DNA of 64,000 nucleotides from Eledone cirrhosa (taxonomy: Eukaryota). The DNA lies in the NCBI GenBank assembly GCA_964016885.1, contig OZ024747.1, positions 21,080,001-21,144,000 of the forward strand, given 5' to 3'. How positions within the stretch are numbered: the stretch's first letter is position 1; the number at the start of each line of letters is the position of its first letter. This document shows positions 52,486 to 64,000 of this stretch, one piece after another. Made by a program: the position numbers and the translations under genes. The notes beneath the pieces were generated by a model. It was given only the letters and a program-made list of their open reading frames with translations. It was not told the origin of the DNA and searched no databases.

Positions 52486-52700
52486 GAATGCCATGGTTGA
52501 CGGAGGCTCGGCTCTGTAAGGTATAGTAATTTTTAACCGTTAAAACAATTGTAAATTGTTTAAAACTTGAACCAAATTGTTGATAAAGACACCCTCCTCC
52601 TCGTGAGAGGGGTCTTTCTGTCCGTTATTTGGCCCTTCGGGGTTAAATAACCAGTTATTGGGGTTTTGTACCCAAAATTTCATTTTAAACAAAAAACAAC

Positions 52701-54770
52701 ATGGCTACGAAAAAGAAATTTCATACGTCACTCCCACTCATTCTGTCTTCTTCTTCCTCAATCATCACTACAGCAGAGAGAAGATTGTCTCTCTCCCTCC
52801 CTTCTCTTTCGCAAGTGACGAAAGAAAAGAAAAGTCTCGTGCAAAGCGTGCAAGGTTTCTCCACGACGACGACGACAGCGACGAAACAGGTGTGCGGGAA
52901 ATACGAAAACCCAGTTCATTCGTCTGACGTCAGGAATAATAGCAGTAGCAGCCGTAATAACAACAGCAACAGTGACAATGAAAACAACAGTAGCAGCCGC
53001 AACAGCATCACCAGCAGCATAAACAACAACAGCATTAGCAGCAGCAACACCAACAACAACCACAGCAACAGCGACGGAGGCAGTAGTCGTAGTACCTGCA
53101 GCAACAACAAAAGTACCAGCAGCTCTGACGACAACAACAACAGCAGAGAAAAACCAATCTCATTTGCAGGTATTGCGAAAAACTTGGAAACAATCCTCAT
53201 AACAAATGAGGAATTAGAGGAAGCGAAGAAGATGGTGACAAAGAACGGACACCGAGCAATCTGCAAGGCAGCGGAAAAATTTTTCGAAACCCAAGAGCAC
53301 TGTACGGTCACGTACCGTACAGTAAGTACAAAATCCCGTAGGGTGGAAAGAGCCACAGAGGCCCAAATACAAAAAGCCTTGGGGTCTGTGTGGCAGCGGA
53401 AAACGCACATCACCCGAGGCAAAAAATATGCCACCGTAGACGTACTTTTTGCCACACCCCAGGAGGCAAAGGCCCAATCAGTAGTGACCCTAAGGAGCGA
53501 GGAAATGGTGTTGGTGCCCTCCTACTGCAGGCAAAAAATTGTGAGGGTCAAACTGACCCACGTCCCCCCCGGAATGACCCCTTCTTGGCTGGCCGCGTCT
53601 GTCCTCGTCGGAATCGAGGACAAAACAACTGTACTGCAAGTACAGAAAAAAGTAAGAGAAGATTGGGTCGGCTCCTCCATTGAGATGCTAATCCAAACCA
53701 ACCAGGAGGGCATCGAAGCTATCCCGGATGTGATAGACTTCGATAACGGCACTCAACTGCCCATAAGTGTTGAGGGCAAACGCCCGAAATGCTTTCGCTG
53801 TGGATCGAAGACTCACCTCAGGGCCTTCTGCAACGAGAAGACCCTGAGAAAGGAGAAAACCCCCCTCCTTCCGAATCCGGCTCCACGGCTACCAGCAACA
53901 GGACAAGCGGCAACCAGGAACGATAGGTCCGTGGCACCCATACCCACTCCACGGAAATCAAAAACAGCAGCAGCAGTGGAAATATTAACAACAACAACAG
54001 CAATACCAAATGCAGCTGCAACAGAGACTCCAGTGCAAACATCACCAACAACAACAAGTGAAAGAGTGGAGCTGGTACCCCTCCCCGACCTCACAGAATC
54101 AGACATGGAGTGTGAGGTGGGAGAGGGATGGCAAAAGGTCGCAAGAAGGCACAAACGCAGAAGCAGCGCATCGTCGCCTTTGAAAAGGGAGGAAAGAAAT
54201 GAGAAAAGGGTAAAGTCTACTGCAAAGAGACCCACAGCAGCAACACCACCAACACCATCACCACCCACACCAGCACCACCATCACCACCGGCGACAACCC
54301 CACCGCCAACAACACCTTCAACACCACCACCACAAGCACCAACATCGCAAACACAACAACAAAACACACACACCCAGCAACAACGACAAGAAAATAGCAG
54401 AACCACACCCCACCCCCAGAAAAACAAATGCACGGCAATAAACACACACAACAAGAAACTAATGACTTACATAATTGAACACACAGACATTTCACAACAG
54501 GACTACATAATACCAGCACCAATCAAAACGCCAACTAACATAAGACTGCTAAAAATAGCACAGAAACAATACACAAACATTAAAACGAAATTCCCCAACG
54601 CAGTTGGTGATTTCAGGGACCTAGGAGGAACCATCAATCGAAGAGTATATTCAGACATTCTCTTAGAAGAGCCGACGACCAGCCGAAGGGACGATTCAAC
54701 GGTCCCTTCACCAGACGATCAAGTGAAAAGGGATGTAAAAACCATCCCTCCTCTACCAAAAGTACGGTAA
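52701..54770 (+). CDS. LINE ORF1 (gag-like nucleic-acid-binding protein), 689 aa
   Basis: Intact ORF with a CCHC knuckle CFRCGSKTHLRAFC, GWQKVARR basic motif, and S/N-rich and P/T-rich low-complexity segments. Confidence 0.85.
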   Translation: MATKKKFHTSLPLILSSSSSIITTAERRLSLSLPSLSQVTKEKKSLVQSVQGFSTTTTTATKQVCGKYENPVHSSDVRNNSSSSRNNNSNSDNENNSSSRNSITSSINNNSISSSNTNNNHSNSDGGSSRSTCSNNKSTSSSDDNNNSREKPISFAGIAKNLETILITNEELEEAKKMVTKNGHRAICKAAEKFFETQEHCTVTYRTVSTKSRRVERATEAQIQKALGSVWQRKTHITRGKKYATVDVLFATPQEAKAQSVVTLRSEEMVLVPSYCRQKIVRVKLTHVPPGMTPSWLAASVLVGIEDKTTVLQVQKKVREDWVGSSIEMLIQTNQEGIEAIPDVIDFDNGTQLPISVEGKRPKCFRCGSKTHLRAFCNEKTLRKEKTPLLPNPAPRLPATGQAATRNDRSVAPIPTPRKSKTAAAVEILTTTTAIPNAAATETPVQTSPTTTSERVELVPLPDLTESDMECEVGEGWQKVARRHKRRSSASSPLKREERNEKRVKSTAKRPTAATPPTPSPPTPAPPSPPATTPPPTTPSTPPPQAPTSQTQQQNTHTQQQRQENSRTTPHPQKNKCTAINTHNKKLMTYIIEHTDISQQDYIIPAPIKTPTNIRLLKIAQKQYTNIKTKFPNAVGDFRDLGGTINRRVYSDILLEEPTTSRRDDSTVPSPDDQVKRDVKTIPPLPKVR

Positions 54771-54805
54771 GTGGTCTTTCCCATCTTTTCCACTCTATTT
54801 TAAAC

Positions 54806-57800
54806 ATGACCTCACTCAGAATAGGCAGCATAAATGCGCGTGGCTTGGGGTCGTCATGGAAGCAGGGTCACCTGCTCAACGACCTCAGGTCACTAAACAT
54901 AGATGTAGTGGCCATCAGCGAGACCAGAATCTCCGAAGCACGGGCCTTCGCACCGATCTTCGGCGGCTACGATGTGTACGCATCTCCCAGCCGTCCTGGA
55001 TCGGGTGGAGGAGTTGCTGTGCTTTTTCGGAGAGGTTTGGATCTCGCCATACGGGCCATCTTCCTGGACCCAGAGGGTAAGCTGGTGGTGCTGGACGTGA
55101 CCAGCGGAGACGGGCAAGCTTTCAGGCTAGTGGCCGTCTATGCCCCGACAGGAGCAGGGCGGCCTGATTTCTTCCGGCGTCTGGAGACCTTTCTTGGAAC
55201 GTCCCGCTCTTTAGTGTTAGTGGGCGACTGGAACGGGATCTTAGATGCACGCTGGGACTGTGTGGGATTAGCGGATAGGGTGGAGGGTGCAAGAGCCTCA
55301 CCAACCTGCTCAGGCGTTTTGAACTGTCTGACAGGTACCGATTGGATTTCCCGAATGTACCAATGTGGACTTGGACAAACCGCATAGGGTCATCCAGATC
55401 ATATCTAGATAGAGTATTCTGTAGGGAAATAGATAGGTCTAGCATAGGCTGTCCACAATTCAAGATAGTCAGCTACACGGACCACAAATTCGTGACCTGT
55501 GTGCTTGACTTAGATAGGCTTCATAGACGAGGACCCGGCTACAGGAAGCTAAACGCGTCCTTACCAGCGCGCAAGGCCTACAGAGACCGGATTAGCGAAC
55601 TAGTTAAGCGGGCGTTGACGGGGGCCATCGTCAACAACAAGTGGTGGTTTGCTCTGAAAAGAGCGATTAGAATAGAATCGATTAGGTTTAGTAAGGCTTT
55701 AGCAATAGAGAAAAATAGAGCAGAGGGAGAACTAGTTAGAAAATTAGACGAGGCGCTTAGCAAAGGCATTGCGACCGACGTGCTTGCGGCGAAATTGGCC
55801 CTTGACCAATTCTTCAATGCAAAGCACGAAGGCTGCGTTGTCAGAGCTAGGGTGCGTGCTCTCAGACACGAGGGGACGAAAGCCGTTCAATGGGCCCGAG
55901 TGGCGGAGGCGCGTCGTGGCAACAAAGCCACGATCCGGTCTTTGGTAGACCACGACGGGCGCATGCTACTCGATCCCGGGCAAATGTGTGAAGCTTTTCA
56001 GCGACACTTCGCTCAGCTGTTCGGGGGCAGCGGGGGGCCGGGTAGAGGGATGGACTTTAGTGTCTACCTCGACGGACTGCCGCGGCTCTCGGCCACTGAG
56101 GCGAAGTGTTGCGAAAAGCCGATAACAGCCGCTGAAGTAAGGGAGGCAATGACTGGCTGCACAAGGGGTAAATCGCCTGGTTTGGATGGTCTGCCCTATG
56201 AACTTTACATACAGATGCCAGACTTGTTCGGAGGCCTCTTGGCGGACGTCTACTGCAACTGGCAACAGAACGGGAGAATTCCCAGTTCTGTGAGCCGAGG
56301 AGTGGTGGCACTGCTGAGAAAGGATCCGAACAAGGGGGATAACATAGAAAATTTCCGGCCCATAACTCTGCTAAACACAGAGTTTAAGATTTTGGCCAAG
56401 GTGCTAGCAAAGAGGTTGGCGCTTGTCGTTGGTGGTCTGGTGGGAGAGGCGCAGACATGCGCCATTCCCGACAGATCCATCCACGACAACCTCCACCTCA
56501 TGCGATACATCGTAGAGAGGGTAGCTAGGGAACCTGGCACGGGTGGGTCCTTGATCAATTTAGATCAGTCGAAAGCTTTCGATAGGGTCGACCATCGTTA
56601 CCTAGCGGCAGTCCTGAGGGCGGCTGGCTTTGGGCCCGTCTTCAGAGGCTGGATCGCTGCCATGCACAGCGACATCTGCTCTGTGGTGAGAGTGAACGGT
56701 CACCTGTCGGAACCGTTCAACATCATGCGCTCGGTCCGCCAAGGATGTCCCCTCTCGTCCCTCTTGTACGTATTGACTCTCGAGCCATTACTGCACAAAC
56801 TGGAGACGTTGAGGGGAGTCCCGCGCGAACTAGGATGCGGAAGATCCGTGTCAGCATATGCGAACGATGTCACCGTAGTGGTGTCGAACGCCAAACACAT
56901 CGAGGCGATCGGCACTACACTAAGAGAATACGAAGCGGTGACAGGAGCAATGATCAACCAGGAAAAGTCAGTGGGCCTGCAGCTCGGCACCTGGAGAGGC
57001 AGGTCCATGCCGTCCAACAGCGTCGTCAGGCGCTGGACGGACGGACCGGTTAAATTGCTAGGGGTCTGGTTCGGTCCGGACCTCCAGACGGACAAAAACT
57101 GGGACGAGGTGACGAGGAGGGTGGCTTCTCTCACCCAGAAATGGGCGGAGAGGAAGCTATCCCTGAAAGGTCGAGCGGAGGTGGCTAACGCGTACATCGC
57201 GTCTGTCATCTGCTACCGCCTAACCGTCGTACCTTGTCCTAAGCCTCGCTTGACTGCGCTGGAGCGTTTGCTCTTTCGCTTTTTGTGGAAGGGACGTGCT
57301 CCGATGGTCAGGCGGTCCATCTGTTGTCAACACCCGCTACGTGGAGGGCTGGGCATGCCGTGGCTGATGATGCGCAGGCACGCGCTCAGGCTACGACATC
57401 TCCACCTCTTCCTCGACGGTGATCAGGTGTGGTCGCCGTTTGCTAGACGCGTTTTTCCCCAGCTCGTTTCCTTGACGGAGCTGCAGTCCTGGGTCAAGCG
57501 AAGACCGAGAGGGAGCGCCTGGAGACTGGAATGTCTTCAGGCGCTCACAGCCCTCGACCAATCGGGCAATGTGATCGGTGGAAACTCCACCTCGGCGTTC
57601 TATAGAGGATTAGTGGAGGGGAAGAGCGACGACGTACTTGGGGAAACTCTAGGCGTCGACGAAAATCAACTAGCCAATCTCTTCGGAAGAACTTTCGGGC
57701 CAGGGCCTATGGACAACTTCCAGAAATCTCTGGCCTGGCAGTGCTACCGAGGAGCCTTGCCAGTTCGGGATAAACTCTACAGGCATGGAGGTGCCGTCAG

Positions 57801-58224
57801 CTGGGCATGTCCGAGATGCGCGCAGGGCGACGAAACCGTCCTGCACGCACTCGTCCAGTGTCCGAAAATTGCTGACTTGTGGGTTTATGTCGAACACCTG
57901 CTGTCGCGTTTAGGACGGATCCAGCTATCATCTGAGTCTATCGTGAGGATTGCCCCGCCCTCCTCCTTTAACCGGGAAGGGCAGGCAGTTTTTATCTGTC
58001 TGGTGGCCATGGCGAAAGAGATAGTATGGTGGACACGTTTGAAAGGGCTGAAGACGAGCACTTACCTCTTCGGTGATGCTCTGATTGACTTTTTCAAATT
58101 TCATTTGAAAAGGAAAATCAGAGTAGAGAAGGAAGTGCTCTCTTCCCAGCATTTTGTTGAAAGATGGGTGAGAGAAGCAAGAATGGCCCGAGTGAATGGG
58201 CCGACTCTGAGTATATATCTGTAA
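54806..58224 (+). pseudogene. LINE ORF2 (APE endonuclease + reverse transcriptase + C-terminal Cys motif), with one frameshift near 55278 and YADD>YAND
   Basis: APE motifs SINARGL, AISET, VYAP, GDWNG, DRVF, TDHK. RT motifs KSPGLDG, FRPITLLN, DQSKAFD, RQGCPLS, AYANDV. C-terminal CPRC..ETVLHAL..C. Confidence 0.92.
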
Positions 58225-58484
58225 ACTAAAGGTGGAAAACTGGGAGAGGGCACTTGCCTTGGTGGTCAGGGTCATTGTGGCTTTTTACTGGGCTTTCTCC
58301 ACAAATGTCCCTCCGAAGTCCCCCCCCTATTGGGGAATTTTTCATTGTTATTTTCATTGTTATTTTTGTTACATCCTCTGTTTTTGTTTTTTTACACGCA
58401 GAAATGCCCATTTGTACCGTCCTGCATTGTCCTGCACTGTCCTTAATGTCTACTTTATGTAAACCCTTGTGGTTAATAAAGAAA

Positions 58485-58529
<45 letters not shown>

Positions 58530-58531
58530 GT

Positions 58532-59118
58532 GGGTGGTGGATTGGCAATATTGGTTGAGGATCAGACATCATGCTTCATAGCATAGAGTTACTGCACTCT
58601 ATGTTCTGAGTTCAAATCCCACCAAGGTTAGCTTTGCCTTTCATCCTTATGGAGTAGATAAAATAAAGCACCAGTATTGTACTGGGGCCAATTTAATTGA
58701 CTTTCCCTCCAAAAAAAATTGTTGGCCTCGTGTCTAAATCTAGCTCTTTACATCCCGAGTTCAATTCCTACAAAGGTCAACTTTGCCTTCCAATAAAATA
58801 AAGTACCAGTCACATAATGGGGTTTGATTTAATCAACTTTGCTCTTGCTGAAATTATTATTATTATCACTATCTTCATTCATTTTCATCATCAGCTTCCT
58901 CATTACAACCACTGTAAATATGTCATTATCATTGGATTGGCAGTATTGGTAGAGGGTCGGACGCCATGCTTTGACGCAAAGAGTTACGGCCCTTTCCATT
59001 CTGAGTTCAAATCCCGCTGAGGTTAACTTTGCCTTTCATCCTTACAGGGTCGATAAAATAAAGTACCAGTAATACACTGGATAATTGCTGGCCTTGTGCC
59101 AAAAGTAGAAACAATTAT
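58532..59118 (+). mobile_element. Cluster of three family A SINEs (58532-58740, partial 58750-58855, 58932-59118)
   Basis: Repeated A/B boxes and cores. Confidence 0.85.
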
Positions 59119-59581
59119 CATTATAATTATTTCTATCATAACAAGGCATCATCATCATTACCATTATCAATGTTTGCATCCATTCCAGCAGGTGTTTATA
59201 TGTCTCTGTGTGTTTCTCTGTATGTCTTTATGCATGCATGTTTGTGTGTATGTATGTATGTTTGTGTATGTTTGTTTGCTTGTGTGTATATGTTTGTATG
59301 TTTTATGTGTGTTTTTGTGCATGCTTGTTTGTGTATATATGTTTGTGTTGTATGTTTGTGTGTATGTTTATGTATGTTTGTGTATGTTTATTTGTATGTG
59401 TGTATGGGTTTTCATGTGTTTGTATGTGTGCATGTGTTTACATATGTTTGTTTATGTGTATGTGTGTAAATTTTGTGTGTGTGTGTGTTACATAAGCCTT
59501 AATTATGTTTAAATGCTGTCCTGCCTCAGGAATATCCTATGCATATACTTGCACATAGAAAACATGCATACCCGCATGCAT

Positions 59582-59618
<37 letters not shown>

Positions 59619-60074
59619 TGCACCCACGCCCTGCCATGCATACCCGCATGCATGCACACACACACACACATACATGCACCCACACCTTGCCCACACGCAT
59701 AAAGCATACTCATTGGTATTAAATATATTCTGAAATGAAGCTAAATGACAAATAGAAATGTTGTAATATGTTGAAGATCAAAGATTAAAGCTACAAAACT
59801 CTAGAGCTAAATAGAAACACAAATTACAAGGTTAATAATCCAGAAAAATCCATATGACTGAAGTATGGATCAGAACGCATAAATAAATAATATAGATGTA
59901 AATTGATACCGAATTGATTGAGTGAGTTAATTGACACCTCTCATCACAACTTATCTGTTTCATATTGAGGAAAGGGGTAAATAACTCTGTAAAACTCTGA
60001 CTTTATTCCGATAAGTCCTATCTAGTGGGAATTGCATGTGTGTGGATGTATATTGGACCTCTGTTAGTTCTACT

Positions 60075-60363
60075 GATGAGTGTTCTAGTTGATTTCATCA
60101 AAAGAACAGCCTGCTTATGAAACTTACTTGCAAGTGGCTGAGCATTCTACAAACATGCACACTTTTACAGTAGTTCTCAGGCAGATTCAACATGTCACAG
60201 TGGGTGATAAGGCTGGCTGGCCCATTGAATTACAATTGCAACTCATTTGTGCCAGCTGAATGGACTAAAACGACATGAAATAATGTGCCTCCTCAAAGAC
60301 AAAATGAATCTCTAGAAATCATACTCATGACTTTATGATCATGAACTGAACGCCCTAACCATA
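60075..60363 (-). mobile_element. SINE family B, decayed
   Basis: gaacagcctgcttatgaa...gcaagtggctgagcattc body with tRNA-like head at the right end. Confidence 0.7.
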
Positions 60364-60614
60364 GTACAACAAAGTTTTCCATGTCTCTGACACAGATGAA
60401 GAACCCCCCCCCCCCCCTCAACCTTTTGTTTGGTAAATTTTCTACACCTGGGTGCCCTTCCTATCCATATGTTTAATAGATGTGTATTTTGTCTCACTGT
60501 GAAATTGGGCCCCATGTAAACTTGAAATAAGGATCAATCTGACTAGTTTTGTCTTTCTGAAGTTTCATTAGGGATCATTTATTTTTGCTTTCCAAACTAC
60601 TAAAAGAAACTAAC

Positions 60615-60780
60615 ATAATAAAACTGTATCTCAGATGAACAAAGGTAGGCATCATTGCCAACAGAGGCAATAAATCCCTCATCATCTATTCCATTTTCTA
60701 TGCTATCTGCAATGCTTTCCCTACATCCACCTCCTATATTAATTAGATCATCAATGATTCTCAACTGGGAGCCATATGGC
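60615..60780 (-). CDS. Candidate internal coding exon of an unidentified gene (166 nt)
   Basis: Pyrimidine tract and acceptor ataaccctcccattcctttatag|, donor |gttagt, and an open frame PYGSQLRIIDDLINIGGGCRESIADSIENGIDDEGFIASVGNDAYLCSSEIQFYY. Confidence 0.4.
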
Positions 60781-61020
60781 CTATAAAGGAATGGGAGGGT
60801 TATACCATATTTTTGTGGGTCATATGAAAAAATAAGACATTTGGGAGCCACACATATATTCAACTGCCAGACATATATTCACCTTATTATTATCTTCATG
60901 TTTCCTTTCAACACCATAGATATTGAAGATAACTATAGTTTACTATGTGCTACTATGTGCTAGAAAAAATAGTATTCATTAATTGTTCTAAATATATTTA
61001 GCAGCACCTAAAGAGTAAAA

Positions 61021-61437
61021 TAATTGTTTCTACTTTTGGCACAAGGCCAGCAATTATCCCAGTGCATTACTGGTACTTTATTTTATCTACTCCATAAGGA
61101 TGAAAGGCAAAGTTAACCTCAGCGGGATTTGAACTCAGAACGTAAAGGGCCGTAACTCGATGCTGCAAAGCATGGTGTCCAACCCTCTCCCGATTCTGCC
61201 AATTCACCTAAACAGTAAAATAATGATGCCTACTATAGGCACAAGGCCAGCAATTTGGGGGAGGGGAAAGTCGATTATATCGACCCCAGTGTATTACTGG
61301 TGCTTTATTTTATCAACCCCGTAAGGATGAAAGGCAAAGTTAACCTCGACGGGATTCGAACTCAGACCGTAAAGGGACATAACTCTATGCTGCAAAGCAT
61401 GGTGTCCGACGCTCTACTGATTCTGCCAACCCACTGC
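61021..61437 (-). mobile_element. Two tandem family A SINEs (61021-61209 short tail, 61222-61437 long tail)
   Basis: The same ~18-bp target sequence is present three times (61007, 61207, 61437). Confidence 0.9.
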
Positions 61438-62050
61438 CTAAAGAGTAAAAATAATACAACATGGTATGTTGGGAAGTTATTTGCTAACCTCTGTTAAACC
61501 TGGTACATTTGATTTCTATTTTATTCTAGTTTTAAGGGGTGATTTTAATGTTTATTCTAATTTCACCTTTTAATAAGGTGAATAAGCAACTGTTGCATTT
61601 GAAAGACTTTACAGTAATAAGAAATTTCAGTTCAGTGACTTGCTGGTGATGAGTATTCCAAGTTGGGTAGAATATCTATTTAGAGTAAATGCAGCTGATG
61701 TTGACATTAAATTACAGAAAATCCTTATTGTGTTACTGAGTTACAGAGTGATGAAACAGCTTGAGTTAGATTCAATCATAGCAAACATAATTTATGGAGA
61801 AGTAATAAAATTGCTTGGAAGTTTCCACTTCTCTGGAAGAAAGTAAAGTTACATGTTATTGTTTCATTGACTTTGTATTTTGGTGAATCTAACTTTAGTT
61901 GGGTTAGGGAACTACTATCAATATAAGACACAGATATTGAATAACAGCAACACAGACTGACTCTGAAGAAATAGTCATTCATAAAAACATTCCTTGTTGT
62001 ATGTTTGTTTATATTTAATATTTCTGAGATTTAAAAAAATATAGATATTA

Positions 62051-62235
62051 TTAACCCTTGAGCATTTAAAGTGGCCGTATCCAGCCAGAATTCTTTTACC
62101 TAAGGTATTGGTCTCAAAATAAATAATATCACAGTCTCGTAGATCTGATATTATGTGAGATATTTATGTGAGATAAAGTATTTACTGTGCAAATACAATA
62201 GTAAATATAGAGTAATGTGAATGCTAAAGAGTTAA
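62051..62235. mobile_element. piggyBac-type MITE, family 1 (internally deleted)
   Basis: TTAA-cccttgagcattta ... atgctaaagag-TTAA, homologous to 39788-40098. Confidence 0.8.
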
Positions 62236-63219
62236 AGTTAATTATTTTTAGTCTTTATAGTTTACACTGCTACTGCCTATATATATCTTTTACGCTATCA
62301 GTTTCAAATATTGGACTACAAACATACTAAGACACCATTTTCTCACTCTCTATATATATGAAATTACTTCATGTATGCTTATACAGCTGTAATTAATAAG
62401 CATTGCAAAAAGTATTTTGTTTTTCAATAAGTGTTGTCAATATAAAGGCCACAGATGTAAGTTAGATTTAAAAGTGAACAAGGCACCATATGAAATCTAC
62501 TAATGAGCCATCTAAACAGTTAATGGATTTCATTTCATGGATTAAAATCATCATTTTACATCTGTAAAATAATGTTGATGATGATAGAGCAATTTCAGTT
62601 GGTATAACCCTCCACTTTCATTCCCCATGAAGACTGATATATAATATATTTTAACTGTATACATTTACTTCAATGTACTGGGTTATTTCTTGCTGCCATT
62701 GTCATCATCATCGTCGTCTTTGCCATCATGGTAGTCTTTCTTGTTGGAACTGTCGTCATGGCACTTGTTGTTGCTGTGGCTGTTGGTGTTGTTAATCTCT
62801 TTCTTTTACATTAACTTAATTTACATCCTGGTTAATACTAAAAACAAACAGCATTTTATCAAATATTCTCGTCTATCCAAACATTGAAAAGTGTCTGTAA
62901 ATATTTAGATTTCTGCCAGAAATTTCTTTGATTTCTGCTGAGGTTTGTAGAAAATAATTTTCTAATTGGTCTTTCAATCATATGCCAACATAGACAGTTC
63001 TTTGTTTGTTTTTTTTAAAGAATTTATACAAATTACATCAAAATACTAAAATTACACTACATACTTACATATGTATGTATCCAGAATACAGATTGTAGAG
63101 TAACTGAGTACCAAATATCCCTCAAAGTTGTTGACAAGCAATTAGGTTTCCATGACTGAGTGCACCTAGCTGCATGTTGCTATTACTGTGATGCTATTAC
63201 AGTTCAACTCTGATGGCAG

Positions 63220-63368
63220 TTGGAGAATAGGTGAAGTTAATAGAACATCAAATAGAATGTTTTACAGTATAAGTTTGGCTCCCTGGATTCTGAGTTCAAA
63301 TCCCACTGAGGTCAACGTTGTTTTTCGTTGTTTCAAGGTTGTTAAAAATGTACCAGTCAAGCACTGGA
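63220..63368 (+). mobile_element. Decayed SINE family A
   Basis: ttctgagttcaaatcccactgaggtcaac...gtaccagt. Confidence 0.65.
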
Positions 63369-63436
<68 letters not shown>

Positions 63437-64000
63437 TTGGACTGCTTTGTCATGCAATGTAAATGGATAATTCTATCTGTAAAATCATATTAAAAATATA
63501 ATTGTCTGTGGCAGGGCCTCGAAGAGAAAACTGTTTAAAGGTGGTACAAATCTGCTTTCACTTTTCTAACTGGGCATGGGGTAGGAGAGTTCATCTCAAA
63601 ATTCAAAAGAGTTGAAAGGTATTTTTAGAGGAAGGGTGTCATATATTTACGAACCTTAGACCAATGTACTGGCTGAACAATTCCTTCATGTGGACCCTAG
63701 TTGGTAAAATATTTGGCCACTTTCACCCTCCCCCAATAGAGATCGAGGATGTAGGCTAATAATTACTTGTTGATGGAAAAGGGGTGGCCTTAAAGGGAAT
63801 GAGTGACATCTGGTGATACTATGAGATACACCTAGCTTTCCAAGTAGGTATGTTTGGGTGAGAAGGGGTGAAATTCTGGAATAAATTTGGCAGCACAAGA
63901 ACATTTAAGAAACAGTCAGTTTCATCAACATTGTTGATAAAGGCACATATTCACCTTTATCAGAAGTTGTATGTGTATATATAAATTTTATGTCCACATA

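Larger units (their letters stand above)
52486..58529 (+). mobile_element. Full-length Tx1/L1-clade non-LTR retrotransposon flanked by (ATT)n
   Basis: Sharp GC rise. 215-bp 5' UTR, ORF1, 35-bp spacer, ORF2, ~260-bp 3' UTR with AATAAA, and (ATT)n on both sides. Confidence 0.92.

Noticed and set aside
52758-58275. Antisense and alternative-frame ORFs inside the Tx1 element
   Set aside because: They are shadows of GC-rich ORF1/ORF2 with no recognisable motifs.
63686-63904. 72-aa minus-strand ORF after a plausible acceptor
   Set aside because: No recognisable domain and no convincing donor site.

Overview
AT-rich, microsatellite-dense eukaryotic DNA with no intact host gene that I can recognise. 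The SINE, RTE and MITE families resemble those of octopod cephalopods (my inference). Contents: (1) a near-intact, full-length ~6 kb Tx1/L1-clade LINE (52486-58529) embedded in (ATT)n, with a CCHC ORF1 and an APE-RT ORF2 carrying one frameshift and YADD>YAND; (2) many RTE, CRE and CR1-like LINE fragments; (3) two tRNA-derived SINE families; (4) piggyBac-type and Tc1-type MITEs and a non-autonomous Helitron; (5) several minisatellites, including a 30-bp x ~61 array that is open as an ORF on both strands. The main hidden signal is 12 minimal type I hammerhead ribozyme motifs (stem I-CUGANGA-stem II-GAAA-palindromic stem III-UH-stem I') from about 8 sequence families. They lie in short non-coding elements next to (TA)n tracts, in long fold-back palindromes, and in a 531-nt tandem unit with a partial inverted copy. 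This is the architecture of Penelope-like pseudo-LTRs or retrozymes. A second signal is that the dominant SINE shares its 3' tail and ATT target preference with the Tx1 LINE. All calls were made by eye and no searches were run.
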